The notes under the pieces: model-generated
What the model was told of the DNA's origin: nothing
Database searches by the model: none
The model's input: the letters and a program-made list of their open reading frames with translations, nothing else
Made by a program: the position numbers and the translations under genes
Shown: in pieces, positions 12,461-27,800 of the stretch
Layout: each line of letters opens with the position of its first letter
Position numbering within the stretch: position 1 is the stretch's first letter
Source of the DNA: the human T2T-CHM13v2.0 reference genome, Homo sapiens
Direction of reading: 5' to 3'
NCBI GenBank assembly: GCA_009914755.4
Contig: CP068257.2
Location: 8,192,001 to 8,256,000, forward strand
Length of the DNA: 64,000 bases

Positions 12461-15400
12461 ATGCGCTCCAAATATCCACTTGCAGATTCTACAAAAAGAC
12501 TGTTTCCAAACTGCTCAATCAAAAGAAAAGCTCAACTCTGTGAGTTGAATGAGCACATCACAAAGAAGTTTCTCAGAATGCTTCTATCTAGTTTTTATGT
12601 GAATATATTTCCTTTTCCACCACAGGCCACAAACCCTCCAAATATCCACTTGAAGATTCTACAAAAAGAGTGCTTCAAAAATGCTCAATCAAAAGAAAGG
12701 TTCAACTCTTCGAGATGGACGCACACATCACAAAGAAGCTTCTCAGAATGTTTCTGTCTAGTTTTTTTGTGAAGATATTTCCTTTTCCACCGTAGTCCTC
12801 AAGTCTCTCCAAATATCTACTTTCAGAATCTCCAAAAAGAGTGTTTTAAAACTGCTGTACCAAAGAAAGTTTCATGTCTGAGATATGACTGCATACAACA
12901 CAGAGAAGTTTCTCAAAGTGCTTCTGTTTATTTTTTTTATGAAGATATTTCCTTTTCCACTATGGGCCACAGAGCGCTCCAAATATCGACTTGCAGATTC
13001 TACAAAAAGAGTGTTTCAAAACTGCTCAATCAATAGAAAGTTTGAAGTCTGTGAGATGAATGCACACATCACAAAGGAGTTTCTAAGAATGCTTCCATCT
13101 GAATTTTATGTGAGGATATTTCCTTTTTCACCATAGGCCTCAGTACACTCCAAATATCCATTTACAGATAATACAAATGACTGTATCCAAACTGCTCAAT
13201 CAAAAGAAAGTTCAACTGTGCATGATGAATGCACACATCACAAGGGTGTTTCTCAGAAAGATTTTGTCTTGTTTTTAGGTGAAGATATTTCTTATTTCCC
13301 CAGAGGCCTCAATGGGCTCTCAAATATTCCCTTTCATATTCTACTAAATGACTGTATCGAAGCTGCTCAATCAAAAGACGGGTTTAACAGTGTGAGACGA
13401 AAATACACCTTCCTAGGAAGTTTCTCAGAATTCTTCTTTCTAGTTTTTTATGTGAAGATATTTCCTTTTCCACTATAGGCCTCAAAGCGTTCCAAATATC
13501 CAATTGCAGATACTACAAATAGAGCGTTTCAAAACTGCTCAATCAAAAGAAAGGTTCAACCCTGTGAGATGAATGCAGACATCAAAAAGAAGTTTCTCAG
13601 AATGTTTCCGCCTTGTTTTTATGTGAAGATATTTCCTTTTTCACCATAGGCCTCAAAGCACTGGTAATATCCATTTGCAGATACTACAAAAAGACTGTTC
13701 CCAAACTGCTCAATAAAAAGAAAGTTTCAACTCTAGGAGATAAAAGCAAATATCACAAAGAAGTTTCTCAGAAACTTTCTATCTAGTTTTTATGTGAACA
13801 TATTTCTTATCACCCCATAGACCTCAATCGGCTCACAAGTATCCTTCTGCAGATTGTAAAAAACTACTGTTTCCAAACCGCTCAATCACAGGAAAGTTTT
13901 AACTCTGTGAAATGAATGCATCCATCACAGAGAAGTTTCTCAGAATGCTTCCGTCTCGTTTTCATGTGAAGAAGATTCCTTTTCCACCATATTCCTCATG
14001 CGCTCCAAATAAACACTTGCAGATTCCGCTAAAAGAGTGTTTCAAAACTGCTCAATCAAAAGAAAGGTTCTAGTCGGTGAGATGAATGCACACATCACAA
14101 AGAAGTTTCTATGAATGCTTCTGTCTGGTTTATATTGAAGATATTTCCTTTTTCACCGTAGGCCTCAGAGTGCTTAAAATATCCATTTGCAGATACTAGA
14201 AAAGACTGTTTCCAAACTGCTCAATCAAAATAAAGTTCAACTCAGTGAGATGAATGCACACATCACCAAGACGTTTCTGAGAAAGATTCTGTCTCGTTTT
14301 TATGTGAAGATATTTCCTGTTTCCCCAGAGGCATCAATGGGCTCACAAATATTCCTTTGCATATTCTACAAAATGACTGTTTAGAAGGTGCTCAATCAAA
14401 AAAAAAGTTCAACAGTGTGAGATGAATGCGCCCACTCAAAGGAAGTTTCTCAGAATTCTTCTATCTAGTTTTCATGTGAAGATATTTCCTTTTTCACTAT
14501 AGGCCACAAAGTGCTCCAAATATCCACTTGCAGACTCTACGAAACGAGTGTATCCACACTGCTCAATCAAAAGAAAATTTCAACTGTGTGAGATGAATGC
14601 ACACATCAAAATAAATTTCTCCAAAACTTCTGCCTACTTTTTATGGGAAGATATTTCGTTTTTCAACGTAGGCCAAAAGCACTCCAAATATCAATTTGCA
14701 GATTCTACAAAAAGACTGTTTCCAAACTGCTCAATCAACAGAAAGTTTCAACCCGGTGAGTAGAAGACACACATGACAAAATAGTTTCTCAGAAAGTATC
14801 TGTCTAGTTTTTACGTGAAGATATTTCCTATCACCCCAGAAGCCTCAATGGGCTCACAAATATTCCTTTGCAGATTCTACAAAACGACAGTTTCAAAACT
14901 GCTGAATCAAAAGAAAGGTTCAACTCTGGGAGATGAATGCACAGATCACAAATAAGTTTCTCAGAATGCTGCTGCCTAGTTTTAATGGGAAGAGATTTCC
15001 TTTTCCACCATAGGCCTCAAAGCTCTCCAAATAGCCATTTGCAGATACTGTAAAAAGACTGTTTCCAAACTGCTGAATCAAAAGAAAGGTTGAACTCCAT
15101 GAGTTGAATGCACACGTCATAAAGAAGTTTCTCAGAATGCTTCTGACTAGTTTTTATGTGAAGATATTTTCTTTTCCACCATAGGCCTCAAAGCGCTGAA
15201 AATATCCACTTGAAGATTCTACAGAAAGAGAGTTTCAAAACTGCTCAAACAAAAGAAAGATTCAACTCTGTGAGATGAATGCACACATCACAAAGAAGTT
15301 TCTCAGAATGCTTCTGTCTAGTTTTATGTAAAGATATTTCCTTTTCTACTCTAGGCCACAAAGCACTCCAAATATCAACTTGCAGATTCTGCAGAAAGAG

Positions 15401-16708
15401 TTATTCAAAGCTGCTCAATCAAAAGAAAAGTTCAACTCCTTGAGACGAATGCACACATCATGAAGTTCCTCAGAATGCTTCTATTTTTATGTGAAGATAT
15501 ATCCTTTTCTACCATAGACCACAAAACGCTCCAAATATCCCCTTGCAGTTTCTACTAAAAGAGTGTTTCCAAAAGGCTCAATCAAAAGAAAGTTTCAAAT
15601 CTGTGAGATGAATGCACACATCACAAAGAAGTTTCTCAGAATGCTTCTGTCTAGTTTTATGTAAAGATATTTCCTTTTCTACTATAGGCCACAAAGCACT
15701 CCAAATATCAACTTGCAGATTCTGCAGAAAGAGTTTTTCAAAGCTGCTCAGTCAAAAGACAAGTTCAACTCTTTGAGATGAATGCACACATCATGAAGTT
15801 CCTCAGAATGCTTCTATTTTTATGTGAAGATATATCCTTTTCTACCATAGACCACAAAACGCTCCAAATATCCCCTTGCAGTTTCTACTAAAAGAGTGTT
15901 TCCAAACGGCTCAATCAAAAGAAAGTTTCAACTCTGTGAGATGAATGCACACATCATTAAGAAGTGTCTCAGTAATTTTCTGTCTAGTTTTTATGTGAAG
16001 ATATTTCCTTTCCTACTATAGGCCTGAAAGTGCTGCAAATATCCGTTTGCAGATACTGCAAAAAGACTGTTTCCACACTGCTCAATCAAAGGAAATGTCC
16101 AACTCTGTGAGTTGAATGCACGCATCTCAAAGAGATTACTTATAATGATTCTGTCTGGTTTTGATGTGAAGATATTTGCTTTTCCACCAGTGGCCTCAAA
16201 CTCTCCAAATATCCACTTGCAGATTCTACAATAAGAGTGTTTCAAAACTGCTCAATCAAAAGAAAGGTTCAACACTGTGAGATGAATGCACACGTCACAA
16301 AGCACTTTCTTAGAATGCTTCTGTCTAGCTTTTATGTGAAGATATTTCCTTTTTCACCATAGGCTGCAAAGCGCTCCAAATATCCCTTTCAGATTCTACA
16401 GAAAGAGTATTTCAAAACTGTTCAATCAAAAGAGAAACTCAACTCTGGTGATGAATGCACGCATCACAAAGCAGTTTCTCATAATGTTTCTGTCTAGTTT
16501 TTATGTGAAGATATTTCATTCTCCACTATAGGCCGTAATGCACTCCTAATATCCACTTGCAGATTCTACAAAAAGACTGTTTGCAAACTGCTCAAACAAA
16601 AGAAAAGTTCAACTCTGTGAGTTGAATGAGCACATCACAAAGAAGTTTCTCAGAATGCTTCTGTCTAGTTTTTATGTGAATATATTTCCTTTTCCACTAT
16701 AGGCCGTC
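12461..16708. repeat. HOR copy 4, 25-mer, 4248 bp, haplotype II
   Basis: 4248-bp period with the dimer duplication present. Confidence 0.85.
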
Positions 16709-19700
16709 ATGCGCTCCAAATATCCACTTGCAGATTCTACAAAAAGACTGTTTCCAAACTGCTCAATCAAAAGAAAAGCTCAACTCTGTGAGTTGAATGA
16801 GCACATCACAAAGAAGTTTCTCAGAATGCTTCTATCTAGTTTTTATGTGAATATATTTCCTTTTCCACCACAGGCCACAAACCCTCCAAATATCCACTTG
16901 AAGATTCTACAAAAAGAGTGCTTCAAAAATACTCAATCAAAAGAAAGGTTCAACTCTTCGAGATGGACGCACACATCACAAAGAAGCTTCTCAGAATGTT
17001 TCTGTCTAGTTTTTTTGTGAAGATATTTCCTTTTCCACTGAAGTCCTCAAGTCTCTCCAACTATCTACTTTCAGAATCTCCAAAAAGAGTGTTTTAAATC
17101 TGCTGTACCAAAGAAAGTTTCATGTCTGAGATATGACTGCATACAACACAGAGAACTTTCTCAAAGTGCTTCTGTTTATTTTTCTTATGAAGATATTTCC
17201 TTTTCCACTATGGGCCACAGAGCGCTCCAAATATCCACTGGCAGATTCTACAAAAAGAGTGTTTCAAAACTGCTCAATCAATAGAAAGTTTGAAGTCTGT
17301 GAGATGAATGTGCACATCACAAAGGAGTTTCTAAGAATGCTTCCATCTGAATTTTATGTGAGGATATTTCCTTTTTCACCATAGGCCTCAATACACTCCA
17401 AATATCCATTTACAGATAATACAAATGACTGTATCCAAACTGCTCAATCAAAAGAAAGTTCAACTGTGCATGATGAATGCACACATCACAAGGGTGTTTC
17501 TCAGAAAGATTTTGTCTTGTTTTTAGGTGAAGATATTTCTTATTTCCCCAGAGGCCTCAATGGGCTCTCAAATATTCCCTTTCATATTCTACTAAATGAC
17601 TGTATCGAAGCTGCTCAATCAAAAGACGGGTTTAACAGTGTGAGACGAAAATACACCTTCCTAGGAAGTTTCTCAGAATTCTTCTTTCTAGTTTTTTATG
17701 TGAAGATATTTCCTTTTCCACTATAGGCCTCAAAGCGTTCCAAATATCCACTTGCAGATACTACAAATAGAGCGTTTCAAAACTGCTCAATCAAAAGAAA
17801 GGTTCAACTCTGTGAGATGAATGCAGACATCAAAAAGAAGTTTCTCAGAATGCTTCCGCCTTGTTTTTATGTGAAGATATTTCCTTTTTCACCATAGGCC
17901 TCAAAGCACTGGTAATATCCATTTGTAGATACTACAAAAAGACTGTTCCCAAACTGCTCAATAAAAAGAAAGTTTCAACTCTATGAGATAAAAGCTAATA
18001 TCACAAAGAAGTTTCTCAGAAACTTTCTATCTAGTTTTTATGTGAACATATTTCTTATCACCCCATAGACCTCAATCGGCTCACAAGTATCCTTCTGCAG
18101 ATTGTAAAAAACTACTGTTTCCAAACCGCTCAATCACAGGAAAGTTTTAACTCTGTGAAATGAATGCATCCATCACAGAGAAGTTTCTCAGAATGCTTCC
18201 GTCTCGTTTTCATGTGAAGAAGATTCCTTTTCCACCATATTCCTCATGCGCTCCAAATAAACACTTGCAGATTCCGCTAAAAGAGTGTTTCAAAACTGCT
18301 CAATCAAAAGAAAGGTTCTAGTCGGTGAGATGAATGCACACATCACAAAGAAGTTTCTATGAATGCTTCTGTCTGGTTTATATTGAAGATATTTCCTTTT
18401 TCACCGTAGGCCTCAGAGTGCTTAAAATATCCATTTGCAGATACTAGAAAAGACTGTTTCCAAACTGCTCAATCAAAATAAAGTTCAACTCAGTGAGATG
18501 AATGCACACATCACCAAGACGTTTCTGAGAAAGATTCTGTCTCGTTTTTATGTGAAGATATTTCCTGTTTCCCCAGAGGCATCAATGGGCTCACAAATAT
18601 TCCTTTGCATATTCTACAAAATGACTGTTTAGAAGGTGCTCAATCAAAAAAAAAGTTCAACAGTGTGAGATGAATGCGCCCACTCAAAGGAAGTTTCTCA
18701 GAATTCTTCTATCTAGTTTTCATGTGAAGATATTTCCTTTTTCACTATAGGCCACAAAGTGCTCCAAATATCCACTTGCAGACTCTACGAAACGAGTGTA
18801 TCCACACTGCTCAATCAAAAGAAAATTTCAACTGTATGAGATGAATGCACACATCAAAATAAATTTCTCCAAAACTTCTGCCTACTTTTTATGGGAAGAT
18901 ATTTCGTTTTTCAACGTAGGCCAAAAGCACTCCAAATATCAATTTGCAGATTCTACAAAAAGACTGTTTCCAAACTGCTCAATCAACAGAAAGTTTCAAC
19001 CCGGTGAGTAGAAGACACACATGACAAAATAGTTTCTCAGAAAGTATCTGTCTAGTTTTTACGTGAAGATATTTCCTATCACCCCAGAAGCCTCAATGGG
19101 CTCACAAATATTCCTTTGCAGATTCTACAAAACGACAGTTTCAAAACTGCTGAATCAAAAGAAAGGTTCAACTCTGGGAGATGAATGCACAGATCACAAA
19201 TAAGTTTCTCAGAATGCTGCTGCCTAGTTTTAATGGGAAGAGATTTCCTTTTCCACCATAGGCCTCAAAGCTCTCCAAATAGCCATTTGCAGATACTGTA
19301 AAAAGACTGTTTCCAAACTGCTGAATCAAAAGAAAGGTTGAACTCCATGAGTTGAATGCACACGTCATAAAGAAGTTTCTCAGAATGCTTCTGACTAGTT
19401 TTTATGTGAAGATATTTTCTTTTCCACCATAGGCCTCAAAGCGCTGAAAATATCCACTTGAAGATTCTACAGAAAGAGAGTTTCAAAACTGCTCAAACAA
19501 AAGAAAGATTCAACTCTGTGAGATGAATGCACACATCACAAAGAAGTTTCTCAGAATGCTTCTGTCTAGTTTTATGTAAAGATATTTCCTTTTCTACTCT
19601 AGGCCACAAAGCACTCCAAATATCAACTTGCAGATTCTGCAGAAAGAGTTATTCAAAGCTGCTCAATCAAAAGAAAAGTTCAACTCCTTGAGACGAATGC

Positions 19701-20956
19701 ACACATCATGAAGTTCCTCAGAATGCTTCTATTTTTATGTGAAGATATATCCTTTTCTACCATAGACCACAAAACGCTCCAAATATCCCCTTGCAGTTTC
19801 TACTAAAAGAGTGTTTCCAAAAGGCTCAATCAAAAGAAAGTTTCAAATCTGTGAGATGAATGCACACATCACAAAGAAGTTTCTCAGAATGCTTCTGTCT
19901 AGTTTTATGTAAAGATATTTCCTTTTCTACTATAGGCCACAAAGCACTCCAAATATCAACTTGCAGATTCTGCAGAAAGAGTTTTTCAAAGCTGCTCAGT
20001 CAAAAGACAAGTTCAACTCTTTGAGATGAATGCACACATCATGAAGTTCCTCAGAATGCTTCTATTTTTATGTGAAGATATATCCTTTTCTACCATAGAC
20101 CACAAAACGCTCCAAATATCCCCTTGCAGTTTCTACTAAAAGAGTGTTTCCAAACGGCTCAATCAAAAGAAAGTTTCAACTCTGTGAGATGAATGCACAC
20201 ATCATTAAGAAGTGTCTCAGTAATTTTCTGTCTAGTTTTTATGTGAAGATATTTCCTTTCCTACTATAGGCCTGAAAGTGCTGCAAATATCCGTTTGCAG
20301 ATACTGCAAAAAGACTGTTTCCACACTGCTCAATCAAAGGAAATGTCCAACTCTGTGAGTTGAATGCACGCATCTCAAAGAGATTACTTATAATGATTCT
20401 GTCTGGTTTTGATGTGAAGATATTTGCTTTTCCACCAGTGGCCTCAAACTCTCCAAATATCCACTTGCAGATTCTACAATAAGAGTGTTTCAAAACTGCT
20501 CAATCAAAAGAAAGGTTCAACACTGTGAGATGAATGCACACGTCACAAAGCACTTTCTTAGAATGCTTCTGTCTAGCTTTTATGTGAAGATATTTCCTTT
20601 TTCACCATAGGCTGCAAAGCGCTCCAAATATCCCTTTCAGATTCTACAGAAAGAGTATTTCAAAACTGTTCAATCAAAAGAGAAACTCAACTCTGGTGAT
20701 GAATGCACGCATCACAAAGCAGTTTCTCATAATGTTTCTGTCTAGTTTTTATGTGAAGATATTTCATTCTCCACTATAGGCCGTAATGCACTCCTAATAT
20801 CCACTTGCAGATTCTACAAAAAGACTGTTTGCAAACTGCTCAAACAAAAGAAAAGTTCAACTCTGTGAGTTGAATGAGCACATCACAAAGAAGTTTCTCA
20901 GAATGCTTCTGTCTAGTTTTTATGTGAATATATTTCCTTTTCCACTATAGGCCGTC
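16709..20956. repeat. HOR copy 5, 25-mer, 4248 bp, haplotype I at 5' end
   Basis: 4248-bp period. The 5' monomers carry haplotype-I variants (KNTQ-type) but the copy includes the dimer duplication, so it is a mosaic. Confidence 0.85.
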
Positions 20957-23900
20957 ATGCGCTCCAAATATCCACTTGCAGATTCTACAAAAAGACTGTT
21001 TCCAAACTGCTCAATCAAAAGAAAAGCTCAACTCTGTGAGTTGAATGAGCACATCACAAAGAAGTTTCTCAGAATGCTTCTATCTAGTTTTTATGTGAAT
21101 ATATTTCCTTTTCCACCACAGGCCACAAACCCTCCAAATATCCACTTGAAGATTCTACAAAAAGAGTGCTTCAAAAATACTCAATCAAAAGAAAGGTTCA
21201 ACTCTTCGAGATGGACGCACACATCACAAAGAAGCTTCTCAGAATGTTTCTGTCTAGTTTTTTTGTGAAGATATTTCCTTTTCCACTGAAGTCCTCAAGT
21301 CTCTCCAACTATCTACTTTCAGAATCTCCAAAAAGAGTGTTTTAAATCTGCTGTACCAAAGAAAGTTTCATGTCTGAGATATGACTGCATACAACACAGA
21401 GAACTTTCTCAAAGTGCTTCTGTTTATTTTTCTTATGAAGATATTTCCTTTTCCACTATGGGCCACAGAGCGCTCCAAATATCCACTGGCAGATTCTACA
21501 AAAAGAGTGTTTCAAAACTGCTCAATCAATAGAAAGTTTGAAGTCTGTGAGATGAATGTGCACATCACAAAGGAGTTTCTAAGAATGCTTCCATCTGAAT
21601 TTTATGTGAGGATATTTCCTTTTTCACCATAGGCCTCAATACACTCCAAATATCCATTTACAGATAATACAAATGACTGTATCCAAACTGCTCAATCAAA
21701 AGAAAGTTCAACTGTGCATGATGAATGCACACATCACAAGGGTGTTTCTCAGAAAGATTTTGTCTTGTTTTTAGGTGAAGATATTTCTTATTTCCCCAGA
21801 GGCCTCAATGGGCTCTCAAATATTCCCTTTCATATTCTACTAAATGACTGTATCGAAGCTGCTCAATCAAAAGACGGGTTTAACAGTGTGAGACGAAAAT
21901 ACACCTTCCTAGGAAGTTTCTCAGAATTCTTCTTTCTAGTTTTTTATGTGAAGATATTTCCTTTTCCACTATAGGCCTCAAAGCGTTCCAAATATCCACT
22001 TGCAGATACTACAAATAGAGCGTTTCAAAACTGCTCAATCAAAAGAAAGGTTCAACTCTGTGAGATGAATGCAGACATCAAAAAGAAGTTTCTCAGAATG
22101 CTTCCGCCTTGTTTTTATGTGAAGATATTTCCTTTTTCACCATAGGCCTCAAAGCACTGGTAATATCCATTTGTAGATACTACAAAAAGACTGTTCCCAA
22201 ACTGCTCAATAAAAAGAAAGTTTCAACTCTATGAGATAAAAGCTAATATCACAAAGAAGTTTCTCAGAAACTTTCTATCTAGTTTTTATGTGAACATATT
22301 TCTTATCACCCCATAGACCTCAATCGGCTCACAAGTATCCTTCTGCAGATTGTAAAAAACTACTGTTTCCAAACCGCTCAATCACAGGAAAGGTTTAACT
22401 CTGTGAAATGAATGCATCCATCACAGAGAAGTTTCTCAGAATGCTTCCGTCTCGTTTTCATGTGAAGAAGATTCCTTTTCCACCATATTCCTCATGCGCT
22501 CCAAATAAACACTTGCAGATTCCGCTAAAAGAGTGTTTCAAAACTGCTCAACCAAAAGAAAGGTTCTAGTCGGTGAGATGAATGCACACATCACAAAGAA
22601 GTTTCTATGAATGCTTCTGTCTGATTTATATTGAAGATATTTCCTTTTTAACCGTAGGCCTCAGAGTGCTTAAAATATCCATTTGCAGATACTAGAAAAG
22701 ACTGTTTCCAAACTGCTCAATCAAAATAAAGTTCAACTCAGTGAGATGAATGCACACATCACCAAGACGTTTCTGAGAAAGATTCTGTCTCGTTTTTATG
22801 TGAAGATATTTCCTGTTTCTCCAGAGGCATCAATGGGCTCACAAACATTCCTTTGCTATTCTACAAAATGACTGTTTAGAAGGTGCTCAATCAAAAAAAA
22901 AGTTCAACAGTGTGAGATGAATGCGCCCATTCAAAGGAAGTTTCTCAGAATTCTTCTATCTAGTTTTTATGTGAAGATATTTCCTTTTTCACTATAGGCC
23001 ACAAAGTGCTCCAAATATCCACTTGCAGACTCTACAAAACGAGTGTATCCACACTGCTCAATCAAAAGAAAATTTCAACTGTGTGAGATGAATGCACACA
23101 TCAAAATAAATTTCTCCAAAACTTCTGCCTACTTTTTATGGGAAGATATTTCGTTTTTCAACGTAGGCCAAAAGCACTCCAAATATCAATTTGCAGATTC
23201 TACAAAAAGACTGTTTCCAAACTGCTCAATCAACAGAAAGTTTCAACCCGGTGAGTAGAAGTCACACATGACAAAATAGTTTCTCAGAAAGTATCTGTCT
23301 AGTTTTTATGTGAAGATATTTCCTATCACCCCAGAAGCCTCAATGGGCTCACAAATATTCCTTTGCAGATTCTACAAAACGACAGTTTCAAAACTGCTGA
23401 ATCAAAAGAAAGGTTCAACTCTGTGAGATGAATGCACAGATCACAAATAAGTTTCTCAGAATGCTGCTGTCTAGTTTTTATGGGAAGAGATTTCCTTTTC
23501 CACCATAGGCCTCAAAGCTCTCCAAATAGCCATTTGCAGATACTGTAAAAAGACTGTTTCCAAACTGCTGAATCAAAAGAAAGGTTGAACTCCATGAGTT
23601 GAATGCACACGTCACAAAGAAGTTTCTCAGAATGCTTCTGACTAGTTTTTATGTGAAGATATTTTCTTTTCCACCATAGGCCTCAAAGCGCTGAAAATAT
23701 CCACTTGAAGATTCTACAGAAAGAGAGTTTCAAAACTGCTCAAACAAAAGAAAGATTCAACTCTGTGAGATGAATGCACACATCACAAAGAAGTTTCTCA
23801 GAATGCTTCTGTCTAGTTTTATGTAAAGATATTTCCTTTTCTACTATAGGCCACAAAGCATTCCAAATATCAACTTGCAGATTCTGCAGAAAGAGTTTTT

Positions 23901-24870
23901 CAAAGCTGCTCAATCAAAAGAAAAGTTCAACTCTTTGAGATGAATGCACACATCATGAAGTTCCTCAGAATGCTTCTATTTTTATGTGAAGATATATCCT
24001 TTTCTACCATAGACCACAAAACTCTCCAAATATCCCCTTGCAGTTTCTACTAAAAGAGTGTTTCCAAACTGCTCAATCAAAAGAAAGTTTCAACTCTGTG
24101 AGATGAATGCACACATCATTAAGAAGTTTCTCAGTAATTTTCTGTCTAGTTTTTATGTGAAGATATTTCCTTTCCTACTATAGGCCTGAAAGTGCTGCAA
24201 ATATCCGTTTGCAGATACTGCAAAAAGACTGTTTCCACACTGCTCAATCAAAGGAAATGTCCAACTCTGTGAGTTGAATGCACGCATCTCAAAGAGATTA
24301 CTTATAATGATTCTGTCTAGTTTTGATGTGAAGATATTTGCTTTTCCACCAGTGGCCTCAAACTCTCCAAATATCCACTTGCAGATTCTACAATAAGAGT
24401 GTTTCAAAACTGCTCAATCAAAAGAAAGGTTCAACACTGTGAGATGAATGCACACGTCACAAAGCACTTTCTTAGAATGCTTCTGTCTAGCTTTTATGTG
24501 AAGATATTTCCTTTTTCACCATAGGCTGCAAAGCGCTCCAAATATCCCTTTCAGATTCTACAGAAAGAGTGTTTCAAAACTGTTCAATCAAAAGAGAAAC
24601 TCAACACTGGTGATGAATGCATGCATCACAAAGCAGTTTCTCATAATGTTTCTGTCTAGTTTTTATGTGAAGATATTTCATTCTCCACTATAGGCCGTAA
24701 TGCACTCCTAATATCCACTTGCAGATTCTACAAAAAGACTGTTTGCAAACTGCTCAAACAAAAGAAAAGTTCAACTCTGTGAGTTGAATGAGCACATCAC
24801 AAAGAAGTTTCTCAGAATGCTTCTGTCTAGTTTTTATGTGAATATATTTCCTTTTCCACTATAGGCCGTC
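20957..24870. repeat. HOR copy 6, 23-mer, 3914 bp, haplotype I (near-identical to copy 1)
   Basis: 3914-bp period. Every spurious ORF (A, B, C, D, E, G) is identical to its counterpart in copy 1. Confidence 0.85.
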
Positions 24871-27800
24871 ATGCGCTCCAAATATCCACTTGCAGATTCT
24901 ACAAAAAGACTGTTTCCAAACTGCTCAATCAAAAGAAAAGCTCAACTCTGTGAGGTGAATGAGCACATCCCAAAGAAGTTCCTCAGAATGCTTCTATCTA
25001 GTTTTTATGTGAATATATTTGCTTTTCCACCACAGGCCACAAACCCTCCAAATATCCACTTGAAGATTCTACAAAAAGAGTGCCTCAAAAATGCGCAATC
25101 AAAAGAAAGGTTCAACTCTTCGAGATGGACGCACACATCACAAAGAAGCTTCTCAGAATGTTTCTGTCTAGTTTTTTTGTAAAGATATTTCCTTTTCCAC
25201 CGTAGTCCTCAAGTCTCTCCAAATATCTACTTTCAGAATCTCCAAAAAGAGTGTTTTAAAACTGCTGTACCAAAGAAAGTTTCATGTCGGAGATATGACT
25301 GCATACAACACAGAGAACTTTCTCAAAGTGCTTCTGTTTATTTTTCTTATGAAGATATTTCCTTTTCCACTATGGGCCACAGAGTGCTCCAAATATCCAC
25401 TGGCAGATTCTACAAAAAGGGTGTTTCAAAACTGCTCAATCAATAGAAAGTTTGAAGTCTGTGAGATGAATGTACACATCACAAAGGAGTTTCTAAGAAT
25501 GCTTCCATCTGAATTTTATGTGAGGATATTTCCTTTTTCACCATAGGCCTCAGTACACTCCAAATATCCATTTACAGATAATACAAATGACTGTATCCAA
25601 ACTGCTCAATCAAAAGAAAGTTCAACTGTGTATGATGAATGCACACATCACAAGGGTGTTTCTCAGAAAGATTTTGTGTAGTTTTTAGGTGAAGATATTT
25701 CTTATTTCCCCAGAGGCCTCAATGGGCTCTCAAATATTCCCTTTCATATTCTACTAAATGACTGTATCGAAGCTGCTCAATCAAAAGACGGGTTTAACAG
25801 TGTGAGACGAAAATACACCTTCCTAGGAAGTTTCTCAGAATTCTTATTTCTAGTTTTTTATGTGAAGATATTTCCTTTTCCACTATAGGCCTCAAAGCGT
25901 TCCAAATATCCACTTGCAGAAACTACAAATAGAGCTTCTCAAAACTGCTCAATCAAAAGAAAGGTTCAACTCTGTGAGATGAATGCAGACATCAAAAAGA
26001 AGTTTCTCAGAATGCTTCCGCGTTGTTTTTATGTGAAGATATTTCCTTTTCCACCATAGGCCTCAAAGCACTGGTAATATCCATTTGCAGATACTACAAA
26101 AAGACTGTCCCCAAACTGCTCAATAAAAAGAAAGTTTCAACTCTAGGAGATAAAAGCAAATATCACAAAGAAGTTTCTCAGAAACTTTCTATCTAGTTTT
26201 TATGTGAACGTATTTATTATCACCCCATAGACCTCAATCGGCTCACAAGTATCCTTCTGCAGATTGTAAAAAACTACTGTTTCCAAACCGCTCAATCACA
26301 GGAAAGGTTTAACTCTGTGAAATGAATGCATCCATCACAGAGAAGTTTCTCAGAATGCTTCCGTCTCGTTTCCATGTGAAGAAGATTCCTTTTCCACCAT
26401 ATTCCTCATGCGCTCCAAATAAACACTTGCAGATTCCGCTAAAAGAGTGTTTCAAAACTGCTCAATCAAAAGAAAGGTTCTAGTCGGTGAGATGAATGCA
26501 CACATCACAAAGAGGTTTCTATGAATGCTTCTGTCTGATTTATATTGAAGATATATCCTTTTTCACCGTAGGCCTCAGAGTGCTTAAAATATCCATTTGC
26601 AGATAGTAGAAAAGACGGTTTCCAAACTGCTCAATCAAAGTAAAGTTCAACTCAGTGAGATGAATGCACACATCACCAAGACGTTTCTGAGAAAGATTCT
26701 GTCTCGTTTTTATGTGAAGATATTTCCTGTTTCCCCAGAGGCATCAATGGGCTCACAAATATTCCTTTGCATATTCTACAAAATGACTGTTTAGAAGGTG
26801 CTCAATCAAAAAAAAAGTTCAACAGTGTGAGATGAATGCGCCCATTCAAAGGAAGTTTCTCAGAATTCTTCTATCTAGTTTTTATGTGAAGATATTTCCT
26901 TTTTCACTATAGGCCACAAAGTGCTCCAAATATCCACTTGCAGACTCTACAAAACGAGTGTATCCACACTGCTCAATCAAAAGAAAATTTCAACTGTGTG
27001 AGATGAATGCACACATCAAAATAAATTTCTCCAAAACTTCTGCCTACTTTTTATGGGAAGATATTTCGTTTTTCAACGTAGGCCAAAAGCACTCCAAATA
27101 TCAATTTGCAGATTCTACAAAAAGACTGTTTCCAAACTGCTCAATCAACAGAAAGTTTCAACCCGGTGAGTAGAAGTCACACATGACAAAATAGTTTCTC
27201 AGAAAGTATCTGTCTAGTTTTTATGTGAAGATATTTCCTATCACCCCAGAAGCCTCAATGGGCTCACAAATATTCCTTTGCAGATTCTACAAAACGACAG
27301 TTTCAAAACTGCTGAATCAAAAGAAAGGTTCAACTCTGTGAGATGAATGCACAGATCACAAATAAGTTTCTCAGAATGCTGCTGTCTAGTTTTTATGGGA
27401 AGAGATTTCCTTTTCCACCATAGGCCTCAAAGCTCTCCAAATAGCCATTTGCAGATACTGTAAAAAGACTGTTTCCAAACTGCTGAATCAAAAGAAAGGT
27501 TGAACTCCATGAGTTGAATGCACACGTCACAAAGAAGTTTCTCAGAATGCTTCTGACTAGTTTTTATGTGAAGATATTTTCTTTTCCACCATAGGCCTCA
27601 AAGCGCTGAAAATATCCACTTGAAGATTCTACAGAAAGAGAGTTTCAAAACTGCTCAAACAAAAGAAAGATTCAACTCTGTGAGATGAATGCACACATCA
27701 CAAAGAAGTTTCTCAGAATGCTTCTGTCTAGTTTTATGTAAAGATATTTCCTTTTCTACTATAGGCCACAAAGCATTCCAAATATCAACTTGCAGATTCT

